Of a DNA stretch of 64,000 bases, positions 55,938 through 64,000 are shown piece by piece. The DNA is taken from positions 64,001-128,000 of IMG/VR virus record IMGVR_UViG_3300025168_000032; one strand, written 5' to 3'. The DNA comes from a virus. How positions within the stretch are numbered: the first letter of the stretch is position 1; every line of letters begins with the position of its first letter. The position numbers and the translations under genes were made by a program. Under the pieces are notes generated by a model that was not told where the DNA came from, ran no database searches, and was given only the letters and a program-made list of their open reading frames with translations.

Positions 55938-56740
55938 TAGGATTAGGAACAGCAGGAACTGGTATTGTCAACAGATTTTCCAGCATTCATAAAAAGATAT
56001 GCATAACCGAATCTGATTTTCCATCTAAGTGCATGAAGGAAGAGGATTTTGAAGAATGCTGTCCGAAGTTTAAAAAGAAACTGTCCTTTAAAGAGGACGA
56101 GTGTTGGTTTGTAGTTTGTGGCGGTAGTAAATGTTCGTCTGCGTCTCTTGCGCTTTTAGAGACCATTAAGCATAAAAAGATAAATATTATTTATATATGT
56201 CCGGACCCTAACTTGTCTGGCTCCACAATAATGAGAAGGCACAAAGTGGTGTACAATGTACTACAGGAATATACAAGATCTGGCCTTTTCAATACCATGT
56301 GTTTGATTTCAAATCGAGAAACATTAAAATCTATAGGTGACCAGTCAATAATGGATATGTATTCTAACCTTAACGCGATTATATCAAATACCATTGAAAC
56401 TATAGAATGGTTTAAATCAGAAGAGTCAGTTATGGGCTCACTACATGAAACAAAATCAATTTCAAAAATTTATACAGTTTCAATCGGAAACTTCAGCGAA
56501 GACGAAGAAAACTTACTATTTTTACTTGACAATACTACAGAGACGTGGTATATTTATAGTGTAAGCAAGGAAAACCTAGAAAAAAATAAAGATCTGATTC
56601 CAATTATAAGAAACCGAGTTATTGCTGACGAAGAAAAAAATATTAATTCTTCTTTTGCAATTTATTCATCTGAACATAAACAATCATATTTTTATTCAAT
56701 TAAATTCACACACTATATACAATCCATGGAGGCGAAATGA
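55928..56740 (+). CDS. Divergent tubulin/FtsZ-like protein (PhuZ/TubZ-like)
   Basis: LIGLGTAGTGIV N-terminal loop; GGSKCSS where GGGTG(S/T)G is expected; ISNRETL. Confidence 0.6.
   Translation: MVLIGLGTAGTGIVNRFSSIHKKICITESDFPSKCMKEEDFEECCPKFKKKLSFKEDECWFVVCGGSKCSSASLALLETIKHKKINIIYICPDPNLSGSTIMRRHKVVYNVLQEYTRSGLFNTMCLISNRETLKSIGDQSIMDMYSNLNAIISNTIETIEWFKSEESVMGSLHETKSISKIYTVSIGNFSEDEENLLFLLDNTTETWYIYSVSKENLEKNKDLIPIIRNRVIADEEKNINSSFAIYSSEHKQSYFYSIKFTHYIQSMEAK
56526..56554 (+). promoter_or_regulatory. Sigma70-type promoter inside the tubulin-like gene
   Basis: TTGACA-N17-TATATT with extended TG. Confidence 0.7.
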
Positions 56741-57117
56741 TAGAAAATGAGAGCGGTAACCCACTTTATAATAAATTTACCGAGCAACACTACCAAACAA
56801 TGCAAGAATTCGCGAATGATGTCGACCTTACATTTTTAGTTGAAATCGTAGAAGATGAAGGTCATTCTGCGTTGGGCTTGTTAGAAGAAATCGAACTTGA
56901 TTCACACGCTGATTATAAACGCGGATACAATTCATATCTTAAAATTTATGAGGATTCTGATGGCGGCACATGGGGAATTGAATACTCTGTGGATAATTGG
57001 GGTGAATATTTTGATGTTAGCAAGTTCCAAAAATATAAGCAAAAGACCAAAATAATTGAAAAAGAATATTGGAGCCCAATTAGTTCAAATAAATTAAAAA
57101 AGAATTTGACAAATTAA
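56737..57117 (+). CDS. Acidic hypothetical protein
   Basis: GGAGG RBS; 126 aa. Confidence 0.65.
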   Translation: MIENESGNPLYNKFTEQHYQTMQEFANDVDLTFLVEIVEDEGHSALGLLEEIELDSHADYKRGYNSYLKIYEDSDGGTWGIEYSVDNWGEYFDVSKFQKYKQKTKIIEKEYWSPISSNKLKKNLTN

Positions 57118-57134
57118 CCTTAATAGGCTATATT
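57106..57134 (+). promoter_or_regulatory. Sigma70-type promoter
   Basis: TTGACA-N17-TATATT. Confidence 0.75.
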
Positions 57135-57274
57135 ACAAGAGAACAACAAAAAGAGATAAACTTTGTATTGCATTTGGTCTTTGATGATATACTTTAATCA
57201 CACAATATCACATTCTACCTTATCAAAAAAGCACAAATCTCGCACTCACTCATAAATAATACACTGGAGGTAAC

Positions 57275-57526
57275 ATGAGTACATTTACACAATACACCGG
57301 AACATTCGTAAAGCGTAACGGAAACCGTCGAACAATGAGTTTTATCAAGATCACTGATCTTCCAAAAACTATGGTAACCTCGACAAAGGATCGTTATCCA
57401 AAAAGTAATGGTGAAATTGAAGTTGTATATGATACGGAAAGAGATGGTTTCCGTACATTCAATCACGGTACTGTCGTAGGAACCGTTTCATCAAAACCTG
57501 TCAATCGTTCATTTGACAACCAATAA
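57275..57526 (+). CDS. Small Sm/SH3-barrel protein (DUF2693/WYL_2-like)
   Basis: TFVKRNGNRRTM...VVYDTERDGFRTFN; GGAGGT RBS. Confidence 0.65.
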   Translation: MSTFTQYTGTFVKRNGNRRTMSFIKITDLPKTMVTSTKDRYPKSNGEIEVVYDTERDGFRTFNHGTVVGTVSSKPVNRSFDNQ

Positions 57527-57541
57527 CCAATAGGTTATATT
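57513..57541 (+). promoter_or_regulatory. Sigma70-type promoter
   Basis: TTGACA-N17-TATATT. Confidence 0.75.
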
Positions 57542-57689
57542 AAAAGTGTTGAGTGTTTTGAATAGTGAAGAGGCCTGAATAGTAGAACTCCAAACTCTAA
57601 AAACACTCAACCACTGTGGCGGAGGGGATTCCCCCTCCGACCTTAGTCTTTATAGACAAAAAACTTAGCTAACAAAAGGAAAAAATATC

Positions 57690-58466
57690 ATGGCTTTAAA
57701 TATAGAACAAATGAGAGCAAAGCTCGAAGTGTCACGTAACGGTGGCAAAAAACAAGATAACACTAAATGGCGCCCTTCTGAGGGTGATCAAACTGTTCGC
57801 ATCATTCCTACTGATGATGGTGACCCTTTCAAGGAATTTCATTTCCATTATAATGTTGGAAGGAACCCCGGCATTCTTTGCCCCAAACGTAATCATGGGG
57901 AAGACTGTCCAATATGTGATTTCGCCTCAAAGTTGTGGCGACAAGGTGTCGAAGGTAACGACGATACCGCCAAAAGAGAAGCAAAGAAATTATTTGCTCG
58001 AAAGCGCTATTACTCACCGATTATTGTTAGAGGTGAGGAGAGCAAAGGCGTAAGGGTGTGGGCTTATGGCAAAATGGCTTATGAGACTCTACTTTCTTAC
58101 GTTTTAGATCCGGATTATGGTGACATTACTCATGCCGAAACAGGTACTGATGTTGTACTTAACTATGCCATACCCGGAACTCCGGGATCTTTTCCCAAGA
58201 CCACGCTTAAGCCCCGTCGACGGCCATCAGTGTTGTGTGATGAAGACGTAGCTGATTGTGACGAATTATTAAACTCTGTACCTGAGATGGAGACTCTCTT
58301 TCAACGACATTCTACCTCCGAAGTTCAATCGTTGTTGGACGAATACCTATCCTCCGATGAATCCTCCGAGTCTCTCTCAAGCGAAACGGGAAAATATAAT
58401 AAACAAAAAACTGTCGATGATGCATTAAAATCATTTATGAACAACGATACATCAATGGTTCGATAG
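57690..58466 (+). CDS. Single-stranded DNA-binding protein (gp32-like)
   Basis: KWRP...VRIIP, CPKRNHGEDCPICD, KRYYSPIIVRG, DPDYGDIT; acidic tail. Confidence 0.85.
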   Translation: MALNIEQMRAKLEVSRNGGKKQDNTKWRPSEGDQTVRIIPTDDGDPFKEFHFHYNVGRNPGILCPKRNHGEDCPICDFASKLWRQGVEGNDDTAKREAKKLFARKRYYSPIIVRGEESKGVRVWAYGKMAYETLLSYVLDPDYGDITHAETGTDVVLNYAIPGTPGSFPKTTLKPRRRPSVLCDEDVADCDELLNSVPEMETLFQRHSTSEVQSLLDEYLSSDESSESLSSETGKYNKQKTVDDALKSFMNNDTSMVR

Positions 58467-58482
58467 TGTGGTTAAGTGTGAC

Positions 58483-58518
58483 GCCCCCAGCACTATAAAT
58501 ATGGGGGCATTTTTTTTA
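58483..58518 (+). terminator. Intrinsic terminator
   Basis: gccccca/tgggggc stem + T8. Confidence 0.7.
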
Positions 58519-58529
58519 TTGGAGCAAAT

Positions 58530-58646
58530 ATGAATATATTATTATTAATTTTATTAATCGCTTGTGGTGATGAGGAAGACTCAGCGTCAGACACAGGTGA
58601 CGAAACAACAGAGACAGAGACTGAAGCCTATATTAGGTATCACTAA
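58530..58646 (+). CDS. 38-aa predicted lipoprotein (not in ORF track)
   Basis: MNILLLILLIACGDEEDSASDTGDETTETETEAYIRYH; lipobox LIA-C; GGAG RBS. Confidence 0.6.
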   Translation: MNILLLILLIACGDEEDSASDTGDETTETETEAYIRYH

Positions 58647-58657
58647 AGGAGAAAACA

Positions 58658-59746
58658 ATGGGAAAGGTGATCGAAATGACTGAACACACAGGAAAAATTA
58701 ACGTTGGCGACTTAGCCAAGAAAATAAATAAGAAATTGGGCATCAAAGTTGCCCACGATTTGAATGAATCTAACCCAGTCTCTGTTAAAGATTGGATTCC
58801 AACTGGGTCTCGTTGGCTTGACTGTTCAATTAAGCCCGGAGAATACGCTGGTATCCCTGTCGGTAAAATCACAGAACTTGCTGGTTTATCTGGGGCTGGC
58901 AAGTCCTTTATGGCTGCTCAGATCGCAGGCAACGCTCAAAAGAAAGGTATGTTTGTCGTATATTTTGATGCAGAATCAGCGATAGATGAGGACTTTTTGG
59001 TGAAGGCTGGGTGCACCAAGGATCAATTGTTATATCAACAAGCAGTCTCAGTCGAAAAAACATTAGAAACGATGGAATATGTAATGGGCGAGTATAGTGA
59101 TGCAAGAGTTCTGTTTATTTGGGATTCTATTGCTGCAACCCCATCTGAAAAAGACCTTGAAGGAGATTATAACCCTCAATCTTCAATGGCTGTGAAGCCA
59201 AGAATTTTTTCCAAGGCATTTCCCAAACTTACGATCCCATTGGCGAATACTGAATCAACACTATTGTTGATTAATCAGTTAAAGACAAACATCTCTTCAC
59301 GACCAGCAGAGATGCTTATGGAGCCGTATATAGCTCCGGGTGGAAAAGCTATTGAGTACTTTTCCTCTTTGCGTATTTGGCTTACAAAGAGAAGAGCAAA
59401 AGCGTCATTTGCACTTGACGATGATGGCGTAAGAGTCGGGTCTCACGTCAAGGCCTTCATAAAGAAATCCAGAATGGGATCAGAAGGAAGGGTATGTGAG
59501 TTCAAGATAATGTGGGGAGGTCCAAAGGTTAGAATACAAGATGAAGAGTCTTGGCTAGACGTCCTTAAAGTTTCAAAACACCCCAATTTCACGCTCTCTG
59601 GGGCGTGGTACACAATGGTAGGGAAAGATGGAAAAGGTGTTAAATTTCAATCAAAACAGTGGCTTACTAAGCTAAAAGAAGAGAGTTTTAGGGAGACTGT
59701 TATTTCTTTAATGGATGAAGTTCTGATAGAGAAATATAAGTCGTAG
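58658..59746 (+). CDS. uvsX: RecA/UvsX recombinase
   Basis: IPTGS, GKITELAGLSGAGKS, YFDAESA, IWDSIAA, INQLK, PGGKAIEYFSS. Confidence 0.93.
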   Translation: MGKVIEMTEHTGKINVGDLAKKINKKLGIKVAHDLNESNPVSVKDWIPTGSRWLDCSIKPGEYAGIPVGKITELAGLSGAGKSFMAAQIAGNAQKKGMFVVYFDAESAIDEDFLVKAGCTKDQLLYQQAVSVEKTLETMEYVMGEYSDARVLFIWDSIAATPSEKDLEGDYNPQSSMAVKPRIFSKAFPKLTIPLANTESTLLLINQLKTNISSRPAEMLMEPYIAPGGKAIEYFSSLRIWLTKRRAKASFALDDDGVRVGSHVKAFIKKSRMGSEGRVCEFKIMWGGPKVRIQDEESWLDVLKVSKHPNFTLSGAWYTMVGKDGKGVKFQSKQWLTKLKEESFRETVISLMDEVLIEKYKS

Positions 59747-59770
59747 TTTGTGTGTTTGATCATTGTGCTA

Positions 59771-59801
59771 ACCCTCGGTTGAAATATACCGAGGGTTTTT
59801 T
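59771..59801 (+). terminator. Intrinsic terminator
   Basis: accctcggt/accgagggt 9-bp stem + T tract. Confidence 0.85.
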
Positions 59802-59803
59802 AT

Positions 59804-59832
59804 TTGACAAACATATGTGTATGGGTTACATT
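59804..59832 (+). promoter_or_regulatory. Sigma70-type promoter
   Basis: TTGACA-N17-TACATT. Confidence 0.7.
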
Positions 59833-59852
59833 ACTTAAACATCGGAGGAAAT

Positions 59853-60284
59853 ATGAGTTATAGAGATTCATCAAACCAATCAGGGGACATCAGCGAAATA
59901 ACAATTAAGCTTGATTTAATTAAGAAAGGATATGTGGTCTTAGAACCATCTTCTAGAGATTGTGTATATGACCTTGTTGTGGACATGGACGGAACCTTTG
60001 AGACAGTTCAGTGCAAAACAATGCAAAATAACAGCATAACAAAGATCGTAGATCGATCAAATGAGGTTGTGTGCGCTGGCGGCAAAACAAGAAACTCATT
60101 GGACTATGCCGAGCATGGTGTTAATTGGCTAGTTGGTTGCCGCAAGGAGACAGCCGAAACATATTATTACAAACTTAAAACGTATGCTGCGATTCCGGGA
60201 AAATCGTTTAGTGTTCTGAAGAATCCACAAGACGGCTTTCCAAGTCGTGTAGTGCCAAATAGACACGCAAGGGGGAATAAATAA
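59853..60284 (+). CDS. PD-(D/E)XK endonuclease (PDDEXK_5-like)
   Basis: GDISE...KGY.V..P...YDLVVD...VQCKT; GGAGG RBS before ATG 59853. Confidence 0.75.
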   Translation: MSYRDSSNQSGDISEITIKLDLIKKGYVVLEPSSRDCVYDLVVDMDGTFETVQCKTMQNNSITKIVDRSNEVVCAGGKTRNSLDYAEHGVNWLVGCRKETAETYYYKLKTYAAIPGKSFSVLKNPQDGFPSRVVPNRHARGNK

Positions 60285-61267
60285 TGTTAAAACTTGAAGT
60301 AAAAAGAAGTGACAAAAAGAGAGTATTAATAATTGATGCTCTCAACATGTTCTTAAGAAGCTACACGATCATTCCAAGTATGAACCCCAAGGGCCTTCCC
60401 AACGGAGGTACAGTTGGGTTTATAAAATCGTTGCAAAAACTTTGTCGTGACTTTCGTCCAAGTGAAGTCGTTATTTGTTGGGATGGACATGGCGGTTCGG
60501 AAAAAAAGAGACAACTTAATAAGGAATACAAACAAGGTAGACGACCTGTGCGTTTCAACCGCAGAATGATTGAACTCCCAGAAGAAGATGTTTACAAAAA
60601 CAGAAGAGATCAGCAACTAAGACTACATGAATATTTGAATGAGATGCCTGTTGTACAGTTGCAGCTTGATTATGTTGAAGCTGATGACATCATAGCGTAT
60701 GTTGACACAAGAAGCAAGTATAAAGGCTGGGATAAAATAATAGTATCCTCTGATAAAGACTTTTATCAACTATGTGAGGATGACCAAACATATATATGGA
60801 GACCCATTCAAAAAGAATTGATAAGTCAAAAACAACTAGTCTACAAGTTTGGAGTACACCCGGCTAACTTTGCACTGGTCAGGGCTATTGAAGGAGACTC
60901 ATCAGATAACCTCAAGGGCGTACCAAGAATAGGTATGAAAACTGTTGTTAAATATTTTCCTTTTGTCGATAAACCACAGAAGATCTCTTGTTCAGAAATA
61001 TTCACACACTGTCAAATGGAAAAAAACAAGAAATCTGTTCACAATAAGTTGCTAGAACACAAAGAACTTGTTAAGAATAACTATACTATTATGCAGTTAT
61101 ACGATCCAAATATTTCTCTACAAGGTAAGCAACAGATTGATTATACTTTATCTAATTATAAGCCCCTGTTTAGTAAGATAAACGTTAGTAAAATGCTTAT
61201 GGAAGATGGACAAGGATCGTTGAACTTGACTGACATGTGGGTTGCTTTTAGGAAAATTGTACAGTAG
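60284..61267 (+). CDS. 5'-3' exonuclease / T4 RNase H-like flap endonuclease
   Basis: LIIDALNMFLR, ICWDG, VEADDIIA, IVSSDKDFYQL, GDSSDNLKGVPRIG.KT. Confidence 0.92.
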   Translation: MLKLEVKRSDKKRVLIIDALNMFLRSYTIIPSMNPKGLPNGGTVGFIKSLQKLCRDFRPSEVVICWDGHGGSEKKRQLNKEYKQGRRPVRFNRRMIELPEEDVYKNRRDQQLRLHEYLNEMPVVQLQLDYVEADDIIAYVDTRSKYKGWDKIIVSSDKDFYQLCEDDQTYIWRPIQKELISQKQLVYKFGVHPANFALVRAIEGDSSDNLKGVPRIGMKTVVKYFPFVDKPQKISCSEIFTHCQMEKNKKSVHNKLLEHKELVKNNYTIMQLYDPNISLQGKQQIDYTLSNYKPLFSKINVSKMLMEDGQGSLNLTDMWVAFRKIVQ

Positions 61268-61290
61268 TTATAAAACATTCGGAGGATGAT

Positions 61291-62652
61291 ATGGAATTAA
61301 AACATGAAACTTTTCAAAGGTTTGGAAAGACATTTCAAGAGAACTTGTGCCACCTGATGCTTCAGGATAGGACATTTTGTGATCAGATATGCGAAGTACT
61401 CGACGTAGAATATTTACAGTACGAACACCTTAAAGTATTCGCGAATATGTTAATAGAGTACAGAGCCAAATATAGACAGCACCCAAGCTATGAGATTATG
61501 GCGACCAATATAACCTCTGGCTTAGGGTCATACACAGATGCACTACAGAAGCAAATAAGACAGTTTTATGCTAAAGTTATTAACTCTCACGAGATCGATG
61601 GATCTGATTTCATTAAAGAACATGCCATTGATTTTTGCCGTAAGCAGGTACTTAAAAAAGCGATGATTCAGTCTGTTAAGCTTCTTAAGTCGTCTTCATT
61701 CGAGGAAATTGCTACTGTTATTGAAGATGCAATGAAGCTTGGTACGAACGTTGATTTTGGACATGATTATCATATGGATATCGACGATCGCTTCAGACTT
61801 AAATCCAGAAACCCAGTGTCGACAGGGTGGAAGAGAGTTGACGAGGTTTGTCAGGGTGGTCTTGGTAAATCAGAGCTTGGTGTTGCCATAGCTCCAACTG
61901 GCGCTGGAAAGAGTATGCTTATGGTGCATCTTGGGGCAACGGCCCTAAAGGAGGGTAAAACTGTTGTCTATTACACTCTAGAATTGGCAGACACGGTAGT
62001 TGGCCAAAGGTTCGACTCTTGCATAACAGGGATTAAACTTAATGATTTATTAAGAAACAAATTTAATATTGTGGAACAGGTAAAAGACATCAAAGGCCAT
62101 CTAATTATTAAAGAATATCCAACAAAGTCGGCAAGTACTCAAACAATAAAGAGTCATATAGAGCGCCTCAAAAAGAGGGGCATAAACCCTGATATGATAA
62201 TAGTAGATTACGCTGATTTACTCCGTCCAGTTAAAAGCTACGGAGAGAAACGCCACGACCTAGAGAGTATATATGAAGAACTTAGATCTATCGCACAAAC
62301 CTATGAATGTCCAGTTTGGACATGTTCACAAACTAATCGTGGCGGCCTAAATGCAGAAGTCATTACTATGGAGTCTATCTCCGAAGCGTTTAATAAATGT
62401 TTTGTCGCAGATTTTATATTCTCGCTGTCCAGAACAGCACAAGACAAACAGGCAAATACAGGACGATTCTTTATTGCCAAGAATAGAAACGGTCCTGATG
62501 GTTTGGTGTTCCCTATTTTTATGGACACATCAAATGTATCGATTAAGGCATTAGAGAGAACAGAGATGACAAGTGATGATAAACCCCAGCCTACGGCAAA
62601 GAGTAATCTCACATATTTGAGAGACAAGTACGCAGAAGTTCGAGGAAAATAG
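61291..62652 (+). CDS. gp41: DnaB-like replicative helicase (gp41-like)
   Basis: APTGAGKS, YYTLE, IIKEYPT, IIVDYADLL, WTCSQTNR, AKNRNGP. Confidence 0.92.
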   Translation: MELKHETFQRFGKTFQENLCHLMLQDRTFCDQICEVLDVEYLQYEHLKVFANMLIEYRAKYRQHPSYEIMATNITSGLGSYTDALQKQIRQFYAKVINSHEIDGSDFIKEHAIDFCRKQVLKKAMIQSVKLLKSSSFEEIATVIEDAMKLGTNVDFGHDYHMDIDDRFRLKSRNPVSTGWKRVDEVCQGGLGKSELGVAIAPTGAGKSMLMVHLGATALKEGKTVVYYTLELADTVVGQRFDSCITGIKLNDLLRNKFNIVEQVKDIKGHLIIKEYPTKSASTQTIKSHIERLKKRGINPDMIIVDYADLLRPVKSYGEKRHDLESIYEELRSIAQTYECPVWTCSQTNRGGLNAEVITMESISEAFNKCFVADFIFSLSRTAQDKQANTGRFFIAKNRNGPDGLVFPIFMDTSNVSIKALERTEMTSDDKPQPTAKSNLTYLRDKYAEVRGK

Positions 62653-62662
62653 GAGACCCACA

Positions 62663-64000
62663 ATGAACATAGCAAATAAAATATTATCGGATATAACAGT
62701 GCATATGAAGTATGCAAGATACTTACCGGAAAAGAATCGCAGAGAGACTTGGGATGAATTAGTAACAAGAAACAAGACTATGCATCTTAAAAAGTTTCCT
62801 AAGTTGAAACATGAGATTGAGGAAGCGTACAAATTCGTATATGATAAGAAGGTATTACCTTCTATGCGCTCAATGCAGTTTGCAGGAAAACCTATTGAGA
62901 TTAGTCCCAATCGGGTGTTTAATTGCGCCTACGCTCCTATAGACGATGTTCGTGTTTTTGGTGAAATAATGTTTTTATTATTAGGCGGAACCGGTGTTGG
63001 ATTTTCAGTGCAAAGCCACCATGTGGAGAAATTGCCACCCGTCCTTAAGCCAAATAAGAAAAGAACAAGAAGGTTTTTGATTGGAGATTCCATCGAGGGC
63101 TGGTCAGATGCAGTAACAGCGCTGATAAAATCTTATTTCAAAGGAACTTCTCAGTTGAGATTCGATTATTCAGACATACGTGCAAAGGGCGAGAGACTAG
63201 TTACAAGTGGGGGCAAAGCTCCCGGACCACGACCTCTTCGGGAGTGCTTGGTTAAAGTCGAAGGTATGCTTGATGCAAAAGAAAACGGAGAAAGACTCAG
63301 TTCTATCGAGGTTCATGACGTGGTATGTCATGTGGCAGATGCTGTTTTGGCTGGTGGTATTCGTCGCGCTGCTCTCATATCTTTGTTTAGTATTGACGAT
63401 GAGAATATGCTTGCTTCCAAGTCGGGTAACTGGTGGGAAACTAACCCCCAGCGCGGCCGGGCTAATAATTCTGCTGTCATTATGCGTCACCGCATTGATA
63501 AAGATACATTTATGAAAATATGGGAAAGAATCAGGGAATCAGGCAGCGGAGAGCCCGGTATATATTTAACAAATGATAAAGAGTATGGTTGCAACCCTTG
63601 TTGCGAGATTGCCCTTCGTCCATATCAGTTTTGTAATTTGACAGAAGTAAATGTTAGTGATGTGGTCTCCCAAAAAGAGTATGAAGATAGAGCGAGAGCC
63701 GGGTCTTTCATCGGGACCTTACAAGCGTCTTACACTGACTTTCATTATTTAAGACCAGTGTGGCAGAGAAACACAGAAAAGGATTATTTAATTGGGGTTT
63801 CAATGACAGGGATAGCATCAGGCTTTGTAGAAGGTCTGGATATGGAACAAGCAGCCAGAGTAGTGGCTAACGAGAATCATAGAGTAGCCAACCTTGTCGG
63901 GATAAAACCTGCTGCGCGTTGCACCACTACAAAACCAGCAGGAACAACCTCGTTGGTTTTAGGAACATCGAGTGGTATTCATGCATGGCATAACGATACT
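62663..64000 (+). CDS. nrdJ: Class II (B12-dependent) ribonucleotide reductase, monomeric type; runs off the window (not in ORF track)
   Basis: Hand translation from ATG 62663: KYARY, VLPSMRSMQFAG, FNCAY, GGTGVGFSV, SGGKAPGP, NPCCEI, FCNLTEVN, KPAGTTS. Confidence 0.92.
   Translation, partial: MNIANKILSDITVHMKYARYLPEKNRRETWDELVTRNKTMHLKKFPKLKHEIEEAYKFVYDKKVLPSMRSMQFAGKPIEISPNRVFNCAYAPIDDVRVFGEIMFLLLGGTGVGFSVQSHHVEKLPPVLKPNKKRTRRFLIGDSIEGWSDAVTALIKSYFKGTSQLRFDYSDIRAKGERLVTSGGKAPGPRPLRECLVKVEGMLDAKENGERLSSIEVHDVVCHVADAVLAGGIRRAALISLFSIDDENMLASKSGNWWETNPQRGRANNSAVIMRHRIDKDTFMKIWERIRESGSGEPGIYLTNDKEYGCNPCCEIALRPYQFCNLTEVNVSDVVSQKEYEDRARAGSFIGTLQASYTDFHYLRPVWQRNTEKDYLIGVSMTGIASGFVEGLDMEQAARVVANENHRVANLVGIKPAARCTTTKPAGTTSLVLGTSSGIHAWHNDT

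Noticed and set aside
57550-57613. tRNA gene
   Set aside because: Only 64 nt, with no T-arm GTTC or D/anticodon arms; kept only as a structured-RNA candidate.
604-59853. Upstream starts in the ORF track (604, 1100, 1576, 6492, 9468, 14476, 32523, 38941, 59817)
   Set aside because: They overlap neighbouring genes or promoters; downstream starts mostly have clear SD sequences or coupling to the upstream stop.
1-64000. Stop-codon reassignment
   Set aside because: Core genes are full length in code 11, and TAA, TAG and TGA all terminate genes at sensible positions.

Overview
This is a 64 kb segment of a large T4-like (contractile-tailed) dsDNA phage genome. It uses genetic code 11 and every supportable gene is on the + strand. 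Gene order: small accessory genes (class II aldolase, DenV-like glycosylase, three repeat-joined mini-ORFs); primase, stand-alone Smr and an Mre11-Rad50 fusion; a putative lysis cassette interrupted by a MYXO-CTERM-type surface protein; terminase, portal, GIY-YIG endonuclease, prohead protease and ribosomal protein bS21; about 14 kb of paralogous fibre-like proteins; scaffold and major capsid; neck, sheath, two tubes, a chaperone pair with a probable frameshift, tape measure and baseplate; then a compact family A polymerase, a tubulin-like protein, SSB, RecA, 5' exonuclease, DnaB and class II RNR (truncated by the window end). Two promoter classes are visible: TTGACA-N16/17-TAYATT before early/replication genes and ACTANTTA before virion genes. 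I saw no tRNA, CRISPR array or integrase. All assignments come from motif recognition by eye; no searches were run. The strongest leads are the repeat-flanked MYXO-CTERM protein plus a micro-lipoprotein (suggesting a Myxococcota-like host), the T8 frameshift site before the tape measure gene, and an endonuclease cassette that appears to carry a replacement 3' half of its target gene.
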